Positions 19,612 through 49,155 of a stretch of 64,000 nt of DNA are shown piece by piece. Every line of letters begins with the position of its first letter. The first letter of the stretch is position 1. Below the pieces are notes generated by a model. The model worked only from the letters and a program-made list of their open reading frames with translations, ran no database searches and was not told the DNA's origin. This stretch comes from Macrostomum lignano (Eukaryota): NCBI GenBank assembly GCA_002269645.1, contig NIVC01001826.1, positions 1 to 64,000 of the forward strand, read 5' to 3'. The translations under genes were made by a program, and so were the position numbers.

Positions 19612-21063
19612 TAGAATTCCCCCACCGATTAAGACGGAGAATTCCCCCACCGATTGAGACGGAGAATTCCCCCACCGATTGAGACGGAGAATTCCCCCAC
19701 CGATTAAGACGGAGAATTCCCCCACCGATTGAGACGGAGAATTCCCCCACCGATTAAGACGGAGAATTCCCCCACCGATTAAGACGGAGAATTCCCCCAC
19801 CGATTGAGACGGAGAATTCCCCACCGATTAAGACGGAGAATTCCCCCACCGATTGAGACGGAGAATTCCCCCACCGATTAAGACGGAGAATTCCCCCACC
19901 GATTGAGACGGAGAATTCCCCCACCGATTAAGACGGAGAATTCCCCCACCGATTAAGACGGAGAATTCCCCCACCGATTAAGACGGAGAATTCCCCCACC
20001 GATTAAGACGGAGAATTCCCCCACCGATTGAGACGGAGAATTCCCTCACCGATTGAGACGGAGAATTCCCCCACCGATTGAGACGGAGAATTCCCCCACC
20101 GATTGAGACGGAGAATTCCCCACCGATTGAGACGGAGAATTCCCTCACCGATTGAGACGGAGAATTCCCCCACCGATTGAGACGGAGAATTCCCCCACCG
20201 ATTGAGACGGAGAATTCCCCCACCGATTAAGACGGAGAATTCCCCCACCGATTGAGACGGAGAATTCCCCCACCGATTAAGACGGAGAATTCCCCCACCG
20301 ATTAAGACGGAGAATTCCCCCACCGATTGAGACGGAGAATTCCCTCACCGATTGAGACGGAGAATTCCCCCACCGATTGAGACGGAGAATTCCCTCACCG
20401 ATTGAGACGGAGAATTCCCCCACCGATTGAGACGGAGAATTCCCCCACCGATTAAGACGGAGAATTCCCCCACCGATTGAGACGGAGAATTCCCCCACCG
20501 ATTAAGACGGAGAATTCCCCCACCGATTAAGACGGAGAATTCCCCCACCGATTGAGACGGAGAATTCCCTCACCGATTGAGACGGAGAATTCCCCCACCG
20601 ATTGAGACGGAGAATTCCCCCACCGATTGAGACGGAGAATTCCCCCACCGATTGAGACGGAGAATTCCCTCACCGTTTGAGACGGAGAATTCCCCCACCG
20701 ATTGAGACGGAGAATTCCCCCACCGATTGAGACGGAGAATTCCCCCACCGATTGAGACGGAGAATTCCCCCACCGATTAAGACGGAGAATTCCCCCACCG
20801 ATTGAGACGGAGAATTCCCCCACCGATTAAGACGGAGAATTCCCCCACCGATTAAGACGGAGAATTCCCCCACCGATTGAGACGGAGAATTCCCTCACCG
20901 ATTGAGACGGAGAATTCCCCCACCGATTGAGACGGAGAATTCCCCCACCGATTAAGACGGAGAATTCCCCCACCGATTGAGACGGAGAATTCCCCCACCG
21001 ATTGAGACGGAGAATTCCCCCACCGATTGAGACGGAGAATTCCCCCACCGATTGAGACGGAGA
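19612..21063. repeat. 25-bp minisatellite GACGGAGAATTCCCCCACCGATT(G/A)A
   Basis: Directly visible, more than 50 copies. Confidence 0.96.
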
Positions 21064-21644
21064 GCAAGAGAAATCCCCACAAACTCAACAAGAATCCCCA
21101 TAGAAAAGGGGAAGAAATTCCCCACAGACCGAGAGGAAGAATGCCCAGCAAGAGTGAAGCGATTTAAAAGCCAATTAAGACTCGAGTCAAAGATATCCAC
21201 TTCTCTGATGGCAAGGCAGGGATGCAGCCGATAAAGAGTCCCATGCCATGTAATTATGGCTGCACATGCTAACTCGAAAGCTGAAAAATTGAAGGCTGGA
21301 GTCCACCTGCACGATACATGTACCTCTGTGATTATTGAGACCGGCTGTGGCCTCAGTTAAAAAAAGCCGAACACCCATCGTTTGTTGCGGACTGTCATTA
21401 CATGGAGAAGATCGACCTGACGACTTGATGCATGCCTCGGGGCCTGCTGTTCCCCGCGCTTCTTTTGCTTTTCTTAGAAACTGAAAATTTGCAAATTGAT
21501 GGAAAAATGGACGAAAAAACTGCCCAAGCGAACTGGACAGACAGACTGGCGACAAAGTGAGGTGCTGCATGAGGGGGCCATTGCCGACCGATTAATGTGG
21601 TATAACTCGATCAGGCTGCAGTCCCATTTGCATAGGATGACCAG

Positions 21645-22232
21645 AGGATGACCCATCTGCATGACCCGAGGCTGACCCATTTGCATGACCCGAGGCTGAC
21701 CCATTTGCATGACCCGAGGCTGACCCATTTGCATGACCCGAGGCTGACCCATCTGCATGACCCGAGGCTGACCCATCTGCATGACCCGAGTCTGACCCAT
21801 CTGCATGACCCGAGGCTGACCCATTTGCATGACCCGAGGCTGACCCATTTGCATGACCCGAGGCTGACCCATTTGCATGACCCGAGGCTGACCCATTTGC
21901 ATGACCCGAGGCTGACCCATTTGCATGACCCGAGGCTGACCCATTTGCATGACCCGAGGCTGACCCATCTGCATGACCCGAGGCTGACCCATTTGCATGA
22001 CCCGAGGCTGACCCATTTGCATGACCCGAGGCTGACCCATTTGCATGACCCGAGGCTGACCCATTTGCATGACCCGAGGCTGACCCATTTGCATGACCCG
22101 AGGCTGACCCATCTGCATGACCAGAGGCTGACTCATCTACATGACCCGAGGCTGACCCATCTGCATGACCCAGAGTCTGACCCATCTGCATGACCCGAGG
22201 CTGACCCATCTGCATGACCCGAGGCTGACCCA
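21645..22232. repeat. 24-bp minisatellite GCTGACCCAT(T/C)TGCATGACCCGAG
   Basis: Directly visible. Confidence 0.95.
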
Positions 22233-22761
22233 TCTACAGGACTCTATACCGAACACTGATTTTCTAAGGCTAACTCACCTGCTTTACTGAAGTTTAACAC
22301 ACCTTCAAGGTTAACCAATTCTGCAATCAGATGGAATTCTTTGTCCAAATTTAGATCGCCTCTTATTTTGCACTTTTATAAACCAGCACGCAAGCCCAAG
22401 CAGTTTGCGCTGTCAAGTGAGCAGTTGAAGTCTCGCTCACGCCACTCGAGAAGCAACTCAATGGGGCTCTCGAAAGTAAAGAAGAAATTTCGACAATCTT
22501 TGACTTTCAACCCAAACTGTCAGTTTCATCGACATAGTGACAGACTTGTGGGACAATTTCAAATTGCGTTGCCTTGGCTCCTAGGAACTTGGATTGCTAG
22601 CCTACAGTCCCTACATGTGCATATGGGCGAAGAATCTGAGTGTAAAGTGCATTGCTATTTAAACCAAATATTAAATAGTAATAAGCAAATTGAAAGACTT
22701 AAGCAAATATATATGTTCATTTTGTACTTTTGCTTTTGACATAAGCGCAAGACACATTAAG

Positions 22762-23920
22762 CATCAAAGGGGAATTTTAGTTGCACAAAAGCATCAGAGG
22801 GGAATTTAAGTTACACAAAAGCATCAGGGGGGAATTTAAGTTACACAAAAGCATCAGAGGGAAATTTTAGTCGCACAAAAGCGTCAGGGGGGGATTTTAG
22901 TAGCACAAAAGCATCAGAGGGGAATTTTAGTTGCACAAAAGCGTCAGAAGGGAATTTTAGTGATACAAAAGCGTCGGAGGGGAATTTTAGTAACACAAAA
23001 GCATCAGGGGGGAATTTTAGTTGCACAAAAGCATTAGAGGGGAATTTTAGTAACACAAAAGCATCAGAGGGGAATTTTAGTTGCACAAAAGCATCAGAGG
23101 GGAATTTAAGTTACACAAAAGCATCAGGGGGGAATTTAAGTTACACAAAAGCATCAGAGGGGAATTTTAGTAACACAAAAGCATCAGAGGGAAATTTTAG
23201 TCGCACAAAAGCGTCAGGGGGGGATTTTAGTAGCACAAAAGCATCAGAGGGGAATTTTAGTTGCACAAAAGCGTCAGAAGGGAATTTTAGTGATACAAAA
23301 GCGTCGGAGGGGAATTTTAGTAACACAAAAGCATCAGGGGGGAATTTTAGTTGCACAAAAGCATTAGAGGGGAATTTTAGTAACACAAAAGCATCAGAGG
23401 GGACTTTTAGTTGCACAAAAGCATCAGAGGGGAATTTAAGTTACACAAAAGCATCAGGGGGGAATTTAAGTTACACAAAAGCATCAGAGGGAAATTTTAG
23501 TCGCACAAAAGCGTCAGGGGGGGATTTTAGTAGCACAAAAGCATCAGAGGGGAATTTTAGTTGCACAAAAGCGTCAGAAGGGAATTTTAGTGATACAAAA
23601 GCGTCGGAGGGGAATTTTAGAAACACAAAAGCATCAGGGGGGAATTTTAGTTGCACAAAAGCATTAGAGGGGAATTTTAGTAACACAAAAGCATCAGAGG
23701 GGAATTTTAGTTGCACAAAAGCATTAGAGGGGAATTTTAGTAACACAAAAGCATCAGAGGGGAATTTTAGTTGCACAAAAGCATTAGAGGGGAGTTTTAG
23801 TTGCACAAAAGCATTAGAGGGGAATTTTAGTAACGCAAAAGCATCAGAGGGGAATTTTAGTTGCACAAAAGTGTCAGAGGGGAATTTTAGTAACACAAAA
23901 GCATCAGAGGGGAGTTTTAT
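22762..23920. repeat. 30-bp minisatellite GGGAATTTTAGTTGCACAAAAGCATCAGAG with higher-order blocks
   Basis: Directly visible; the same series of variant units recurs. Confidence 0.93.
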
Positions 23921-24027
23921 GTACACAATAGCGCTCTCTAAGTAGCACTTGTAGAATACATGTAGAGATTACAGCTTACACATCTATGCTTTACAGTAGT
24001 ATCGTGCGAATGTCCCAACAAGAATCT

Positions 24028-25710
24028 TCAGGCCGCATTTTCGCACCTTCTCCGACGTCGCCGACGAGAAGTTGCGAATAGAATCAGCAGCACCGACGCC
24101 GTCAGCGACATTAGCGCCAGCACCGCGCCACCGATGATGGCCAATAGTCGGGGACTGCGTTCTGGACTGCCTTCCAGCTCCGAGTCTGTTGTCGACGCTT
24201 CCATTGTGGAAGCTTCCGTTGACAGGGTGCTTCCAGTGGTGCTTCCGGTGGAGCTTCCGGTGGTTCCTCTGGAGGTGCTGCCAGAGGTGCTTCCGGTGGT
24301 TCTTCCGGAGGTGCTGCCGGAGGTGCTTCCGGTGGTTCTTCTGGAGGTGCTGCCGGAGGTGCTTCCAGCGGTGCTTCCGGGTGTGATTTCGATGGTGCTT
24401 TCGGTGGTTCCAGCAACGGTAGAACCGGTTAAAGACTGAATGGTTGTGGAAGCCTCCGACGAAGTCTGGAAGGTGGACCTCGTGTGCGGTTGAAGCGTGG
24501 GTCCTGTTGTTGTCGCAGTCATCCTGATGGTGGGAGTAGCCGTTAATAAGCCTATTGTTGTTGTGAAAGTGGCCGTTTGTTGAGCTGTGGTCCCGAATGT
24601 AGTTTTTGTTGTCGTAGCCGTACTTCCGGTGGCAATTTCCGTTGTTTCAGATGTACTTCCGGTGGCAGTTTCTGTTGGTTCCAATGTACTTCCGGTGGCA
24701 GTTTCCATTGTTTCAGATGTACTTCCGGTGGCAATTTCCGTTGTTTCAGATTTACTTCCGGTGGCAGTTTCTGTTGGTTCCAATGTACTTCCGGTGGCAG
24801 TTTCCCTTGTTTCAGATGTACTTCCGGTGGCAGTTTCCATTGTTTCAGATGTACTTCCGGTGGCAGTTTCCATTGTTTCAGATGTACTTCCGGTGGCAGT
24901 TTCCCTTGTTTCAGATGTACTTCCGGTGGCAGTTTCCCTTGTTTCAGATGTACTTCCGGTGGCAGTTTCCCTTGTTTCAGATGTACTTCCGGTGGCAGTT
25001 TCCATTGTTTCAGATGTACTTCCGGTGGCAGTTTCCGTTGCTTCAGACGTACGAGTACTTCCGGTGAAATTTTCCATTGGCTCCATGGTAGTTCTCTAAA
25101 GAATGGATATGTTTGTCTCAAGTTGGTGAATAGATGGAATTTCTCAAGTTGGTGAATAGATGCGATTTCTCAAGTTGGTGAATAGATGTGATTTCTCAAG
25201 TTGGTGAATAGATGCGATTTCTCAAGTTGGTGAATAGTTGCGATTTCTCAAGTTGGTAAATAGATGCGATTTCTCAAGTTGGTGAATAGATTGAATTTCT
25301 CAAGTTGGTAAATAGATGCGATTTCTCAAGTTAGTGAATAGATGTGATTTCTCAAGTTGGTGAATAGATGCGATTTCTCGAGTTGGTGAATAGATGTGAT
25401 TTCTCAAGTTGGTGAATAGATGTGATTTCTCGAGTTGGTGAATAGATGTGATTTCTCGAGTTGGTGAATAGATGCGATTTCTGTAAAGTTAGTAAAAGGG
25501 TTGTGATTTCTTTAAATTTGGTGAATGGATGTGATTCAAGAGAACACAAAAACAGCTCCATCTCACCGTGACTCCTCCAGTCAGTGGCTGCGCATTGCTC
25601 AGCCAGTTCTGGTTGGCAGCAGCAGAGTCCAGACGCAAGCTCTGGCACCATGGCTGCAGAATCAATAAAACTATGAATACTCTTATTAGTGCTCTTCTTC
25701 CAGGAGACAT
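24028..25710 (-). CDS. Type I membrane mucin-like protein (signal peptide, Thr/Ser/Glu repeat stalk, TM helix, poly-Arg stop-transfer), about 403 aa
   Basis: Exon 1 25710-25567 (MSPGRRALIRVFIVLLILQPWCQS..., donor ACG|gtgaga) splices in phase 0 to acceptor tttag|AGAACTACC at 25095. Exon 2 25095-24028 holds 11-aa ETATGSTSETx repeats, 8-aa TSGSTSG-type repeats, the hydrophobic LLAIIGGAVLALMSLTASVLLILFA and RRRRRRR. A possible donor AG|gtgcga at 24047 could change the last few residues. Confidence 0.75.
25118..25481. repeat. 26-bp minisatellite TTCTCAAGTTGGTGAATAGATGCGAT in the mucin gene intron
   Basis: Directly visible. Confidence 0.92.
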
Positions 25711-26169
25711 AGGGCTACAGAGATCTTGTCATATAGCCAGTAACTCAAGAGACTGCACGTGATTCCCATCAATATTAAGGATGACAAATTTTAATAGCAC
25801 ACTAAAAACTTGCATGTTTTTTATACTTTTTTGTACATGTGCAGATTTTTAAAATCTTTCTTATCTTTCTAAACTTACAAAATGCCTTTCATTGCCTACC
25901 CTAGCCCGCGAGTACATTGGAGCATGGAACTGCTCACATGCGCGAGTTGCATATAGCACTTGCAACATTTTGCCTTCCCCTTACCGTGCAGCTCGTAGTT
26001 GAAATATTTGATGTTTCATAGAAATTCACTAACTGTTGATAAGGTTTCAGAATTGAGCAGTGAGTGAGACTGTTTACATGTAGTTCGTTAAAGCTTGGCT
26101 ATTGGCTTTTTCATGGAATGCGAAGTGCCTTCGGGAAAGTTAATATTTTAAAACACGTTAAGCGCGGGT

Positions 26170-27335
26170 GGCCGGGGCGCCCACCTCAGACAGGGGCGCC
26201 CACCTCAGAGACAGAGGCGCCCAACTTAGAGACAGAGTCGTTCACCTCAGAGACAGGGGCGCCCACCTCGACAGGGGCGCTCACCTCAGAGACAGGGCGC
26301 CCAACTCAGAGACAGGGGCTAAACCTCAGAGAGAAGGGCGCCAACCAATAGACAGGGGCGCCAGCCAAGAGACAGGGACACTCACCTTAGAGACAGGGGC
26401 GCCAACTAAGAGACAGGGGCACTCACCTCAGAGACAGGGGCGCCAACTAAGAGACAGGGGCACTCACCTCAGATACAGAGTCGCTCACCTCAGAGACAGG
26501 GGCGCCAACTAAGAGACAGGGGCACTCACCTCAGAGACAGGGGCGCCAACTAAGAGACAGGGGCACTCACCTCAGATACAGAGTCGCTCACCTCAGAGAC
26601 AGGGGCGCCAACTAAGAGACAGGGGCACTCACCTCAGAGACAGGGGCGCCAACTAAGAGACAGGGGCACTCACCTCAGAGACAGGGGCGCCAACTAAGAG
26701 ACAGGGGCACTCACCTCAGATACAGAGTCGCTCACCTCAGAGACAGGGGCGCCAACTAAGAGACAGGGGCACTCACCTCAGAGACAGGGGCGCCAACTAA
26801 GAGACAGGGGCACTCACCTCAGATACAGAGTCGCTCACCTCAGAGACAGGGGCGCCAACTAAGAGACAGGGGCACTCACCTCAGAGACAGGGGCGCCAAC
26901 TAAGAGACAGGGGCACTCACCTCAGATACAGAGTCGCTCACCTCAGAGACAGGGGCGCCAACTAAGAGACAGGGGCGCCCAACTCAGAGAAAGGGTCACT
27001 CACCTCAGAGACAGGGGCGCCCAACTCAGAGACAGGGGCGCCAACTAAGAGACAGGGGCACTCACCTCAGAGACAGGGGCGCCAACTAAGAGACAGGGGC
27101 ACTCACCTCAGATACAGAGTCGCTCACCTCAGAGACAGGGGCGCCAACTAAGAGACAGGGGCGCCCAACTCAGAGAAAGGGTCACTCACCTCAGAGACAG
27201 GGGCGCCCAACTCAGAGACAGGGCGCCCAACTCAGAGACAGGGCGCCCAACTCAGAGACAGGGCGCCCAATTCAGAGACAGGGCGCCCAACTCAGAGACA
27301 GGGGCACTTACCTCAGAGACAGGGGCGCCCACCTC
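26170..27335. repeat. 20-22-bp satellite (AGAGACAGGGGC...) with higher-order units
   Basis: Directly visible. Confidence 0.92.
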
Positions 27336-27994
27336 AAACAAACAAACGCGACAAGGTTACTCTAAGTAGTCAGATAATGAAATATTTGTTAAAACGGCGA
27401 ATGAAGACACCTGTTCACCGATTAATTTACAGTCTATTTTTAATTAAAACTCATTAAACGTTAGGTAAAAAAACAGAAATTTATTTTACTTTCTCAACAA
27501 ATAAGATTTGTCTTTTGTTTAAAAGCAAATAGTAAATACATCCAGTTTCCAGCATTACATAGTGTGACGGTGAGAGTTATATAACTTGTTTAGATGTGAA
27601 ACACCAAAAATAATGAGAATAAGTAGATATAATGGCAAGCTGCTTAAATAATGTTGAGAAGCAAATTAACTAATTTTGTATCAATTGGTTCTCTCTGGCT
27701 TTACTGCCACCTGCATGCGTGTGTACAGCTCTTAATAGGGTTCAAAAGTAAGGCGTAAATGTACTATACAGAACTAAGCTGTATGCCAATAGAAAGTCGC
27801 AGCTGTGAAAAAGGTCAAAAAAGGTCACGAGAAGTTCAAAAAAGCAATATTTGATATTAATAAAACAATAGCGGGTGTTTAGCTGTATCAGAGCATAAAT
27901 GACTCTGTTGGAATATCTAGATAGACTCTCATAAACCTATAGGCCTAAATAAATGGCATTCAATTGTAGTTAATACAAAATAAAATCTAAAGTT

Positions 27995-28509
27995 GTCACG
28001 TGACTTTACTAACGATATCAATGAGTCACGTGACTTTACTAACGCCCCCAATGAGTCACGTGACTTTACTAACGACACCAATGAGTCACGTGACTTTACT
28101 AACGACACCAGAGTCACGTGACTTTACTAACGCCCCCAATGAGTCACGTGACTTTACTAACGACACCAATGAGTCACGTGACTTTACTAACGACACCAGA
28201 GTCACGTGACTTTACTAACGCCCCCAATGAGTCACGTGACTTTACTAACAACACCAATGAGTCACGTGACTTTACTAACGCCCCAATGAGTCACGTGACT
28301 TTACTAACGATATCAATGAGTCACGTGACTTTACTAACGCCCCCAATGAGTCACGTGACTTTACTAACAACACCAATGAGTCACGTGACTTTACTAACGC
28401 CCCCAATGAGTCACGTGACTTTACTAACGATATCAATGAGTCACGTGACTTTACTAACGATATCAATGAGTCACGTGACTTTACTAACGATATCAATGAG
28501 TCACGTGAC
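27995..28509. repeat. 30-bp minisatellite ATGAGTCACGTGACTTTACTAACnnnnnCA, 18 copies
   Basis: Counted directly. Confidence 0.95.
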
Positions 28510-29015
28510 ATAGTAATGATATCAACGAGCCACTTGGTTTCAACGACATAACCCACTTGATCTGAACAAACGAAGCACTTCATAGAACTGCTTTGTTGGG
28601 AAAAACTTTATTAGCAAGAGCTGTTCGAAGCGGGTTGAAGAAGTTTTTCTAAACACAACAAAAGCAGAAAAAAATAGGAAACATATAATAGTAAAACATT
28701 GATTAAAGCATTTAATAAGCGAGAAATGGAAAATTATATGGACAATAAAAACGACAATAAAAACACAAATTAAATTAGCAGATTACTGCATAAATGATTC
28801 AAGCAGGCATATACAAAACAGACCCTACTCAATTCGAAGACCCACTTCTGGATAATATAGGTCAATCTAAAATATAGCAAATATAATAATAATAATATTT
28901 CTTGCAACATATCGATTTTATATTATTCTTTTGAAAATTAACCGTTAGCATTGCTTGACTTCATCACTAACAATGGGACGGTTCCTCCTTTGAAATTCGG
29001 TCAATTAAATTACTC

Positions 29016-43239
<14,224 letters not shown>

Positions 43240-43641
43240 TTTGTTTTTGTAATTTCAGTATTTCAGCAGTATTATCTGTTGGTATTGTTAGCTAGCTGCA
43301 ACAATTAGACAACTCACAGAAGTATGCAGCTCAGCTTCCAAGAAATCCGAACTTCCAAGAAAGCAAAGTTTAAATAATTATTCAAACAATTTTGATATAA
43401 TTTTTTTTCGGTGGAGACAATATCAAACAATGTCGCGTTGACTATTCTATATGGCTCTTTTTATGATTTCAAGGACACAGCAGATACTCTTAAGAGTTTC
43501 ATCCACTCGATAAATGAGAAGGCAGATTTTTAAGTTGAAAAGTTACGTGCAGCTTGATACTATCGCGTATTCGCGTTTATTTGTCGGCAGAGCAGTCCAT
43601 AATTCTGCTTCTGCCAAGGAATTAGGGAAAGTTCGACTTAC

Positions 43642-43700
43642 CTTCCCATTCATCAGTAGCATTGCCAATGTGTAGTCTGTTATTTGTTTACCACTTCCAT
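43642..43700 (-). other. Putative upstream (5' UTR) exon of APPL
   Basis: Perfect donor AAG|gtaagt at 43642/43641 about 400 nt upstream of the APPL ATG; candidate acceptor ttgttgcag near 43290. The exon 5' end is not defined. Confidence 0.35.
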
Positions 43701-44073
43701 TAAAGTGTATTTTTATTATTTCTATAAACTTTTACTATAATGAAGGATGCAATTGTAAATACATAAACCAGAGCAAAATTTACAGTGCTACATCACCTAA
43801 TACATGTGTGGATAACCAGTGGCGTAACAATTAAAGAGATAGGTCCTTTTAAAAGACGACCCTAAAGAATTTGGGGGACAATTGAAGGACCAAAAAACAG
43901 GCCAGTCGTCAGCTGTTAATTGACCCCTACCCTATATATAGATACACCCCAACACCCGAAGTTTAATGTTTGTGCCCCTGTAGATTGAATATTTTAGGCT
44001 ACTTGTCAAACAGAATTTCTTTATAATGGTAAAAAGGAAACCTAGCTTGATTGAATAGATAAAATATGATGCA

Positions 44074-44263
44074 CAGGGGCGTAGCCAATTAAGGGGGATC
44101 ATGGGGGTCAATATGACCCCCCCCAGCCGGCTGATCCAGGCCAAATTTTCAGCACCCCCCTTCCCCGTCGCAGAGGCCTAGCACCCCCTGCCCCCGGTTG
44201 CCGCTGTGAGCCTGTGACCATGTGACCCCCCCCCCCCAGAAGGAAATCCCGGCTACGCCACTG
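44074..44263. mobile_element. hAT-like MITE, 190 bp
   Basis: TIRs CAGGGGCGTAGCC / GGCTACGCCACTG (1 mismatch in 13) and 8-bp flanking duplication ATGATGCA / ATCATGCA. An 8-bp TSD with CAG ends is typical of hAT elements. Confidence 0.75.
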
Positions 44264-44789
44264 ATCATGCAAGTAGTCTTACTGAGCTAAATTTTAAAAT
44301 TAAAGTCAATAAATCGCTAACAGCCTGCATAAAAACTGCAAAAACCTACATTAAAACTCAAGTTGTCAACTTCATATAGGTTAACGTGGACAACTAGCTT
44401 TCAGACTATCTATAACAAGAGCAATACAGCTAGCAATTGATATAAGCTCTAAATTTCCTGCAAGATAGTCACATGTAAAACCGCACAGTTAACATTAACT
44501 CCAACTTAAATTAGTTGTTTTCTTCAGCAAACTTTACGCAAATATTCAGTCTATTTCTTCAGCTTTACTAAAATTCACATTGCTCAACATACTCGTAAAT
44601 CATTTGCTTGAAAACCAGCAGCGACAATGGAAACTTCGCACACGGAACAATATATGGTCCAATAAAAATTAATTGACTAGTACAAGTAATAACTATATTT
44701 GCTCGAGTCAAGAAAATTTAATTTGGCACATGTTTTTCGAGTAATATTATTGTTAGTTCAGTTTAGCTACACATAATGTTGCACGCGCA

Positions 44790-47479
<2,690 letters not shown>

Positions 47480-48081
47480 AGTGAATTGGCAGGAATGTCT
47501 AGTTTTCAAAGCAATTCACAGAGCAATGCGAGTTATTAGACTCACTATAGGCTTGCTCTATCTAATATACCTGCGCTCAAGCCTCCAGTTGCGACCCCTC
47601 CCCAATCTCCGTCGCGCTCATATTCAAATTTATTCAATTCAATTCAATTTTGTCCACGTGTAACAATGACGACACGTGACCTAGGTGCGCACGGGGCGTC
47701 TACCTAACCTTGCCCAAACCCTGTACCCCTCTGTTCCATTACCTTGCCTTCGCTTTTCTCTTTAATTCATTCTTCTTTCGCTTGCCAGCTGGCACTGCAG
47801 CGGTGTATCTGTGTGTGTATGGAACAACTTTTTCTTTTGCTTGCCTCTGCACCTTGGCTCTTGTCATTTTTTCCTGAGAGCTGAGCTCTGCAGTAGCGCT
47901 ACTTGTAGACTCAACTCTAGGCTAGCGAGTGCTCTATAACAACCTAAAGAAGCTAAAAACGTGTGTTTCGAAAAAAATTCTTGATATTTAATTTGCATCT
48001 TCTTTACTGTAAGTAGAGCATAACGACTTTTAAACGTGAAAATCAAGAAATTTAAAAGCGATATGTACACACCAAGACAAG

Positions 48082-49155
48082 CCGAACCCCTCATTCTACC
48101 CCATCCCGAACCCCAAAATCTACCCCATCCTGAACCCCTCATTCTACCCCATCCCGAACCCCACAATCTACCCCATCCCGAACCCCTCATTCTACCCCAT
48201 CCCGAACCCCTCATTCTACCCCATCCCGAACCCCACAATCTACCCCATCCCGAACCCCTCATTCTACCCCATATGAACCCCTCATTCTACCCTATATTAA
48301 CCCCACATTCTACTCCATACGAACCCCGCATTTTACCCCATCCGAACCCCCACATTCTACCCTATATTAACCCCACATTCTACTCCATACGAACCCCGCA
48401 TTTTACCCCATCCGAACCCCCACATTCTATCCCATCCGAACCCCACATTCTACCCCATATGAACCGCACATTCTACCCCATATGAACCGCACATTCTACC
48501 CCATCCGAACCGCACATTCTACCCCATCCGAACCGCACATTCTACACAATCCGAACCTCACATTCTACCTCACCCCAACCCCACGTTCTACCCTATTCCA
48601 ACCCCGGACCCCAAATTCTAGCCATCCCTGAGACAATAATTTTCCCGACCTCGATCCCATTTCCGATCCCATCTCCGCTCCCATCTCCGCTCCCATCTCC
48701 GCTCCCATCCCCGATCCCATCCCCGATCGCATCCCCGATCGCATCCCCAATCGCATCCCCGATCGCATCCCCGATCGCATCCCCGATCCCATCCCGATCC
48801 CATCCCTGATCCCATCCCCGATCGCATCCCGATCCCATCCCCGATCGCATCCCCGATCCCATCCCCGATCCCATCCCCGATCCCATCCCCGATCGCATCC
48901 CGATCCCATCCCCGATCGCATCCCCGATCCCATCCCCGATCCCATCCTCGATCGCATCCCGATCCCATCCCCGATTCCATCCCCGATCCCATCCCCGATC
49001 CCATCCCCGATCCCATCCCCGATCCCATCCCCGATCCCATCCCCGATCCCATCCCCGATCCCATCCCCGATCCCATCCCCGATCGCATCTCCGATCGCAT
49101 CCCCGATCGCATCCCCGATCCCATCCCCGATCCCATCCCCGATCCCATCCCTGCT
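48082..49155. repeat. Adjacent C-rich satellites: about 21-bp CCCCTCATTCTACCCCATCCCGAA-type and 12-bp CCCCGATCCCAT
   Basis: Directly visible. Confidence 0.9.

Noticed and set aside
21474-22233. His-rich and Gly/Ala-rich repeat ORFs
   Set aside because: A 24-bp satellite open in several frames, with no flanking exon structure.
21187-22620. Coding-looking stretches on the - strand (FGLKVKDCRNFFFTFESPIELLLEW; FLRKAKEARG...) as extra mucin exons or a PH-like gene
   Set aside because: I could not build a phase-consistent exon chain and recognised no family.
27995-28509. CRISPR-like look (constant unit plus short variable part)
   Set aside because: The variable part is only 6-7 nt and recurs, the context is eukaryotic, and there are no cas genes.
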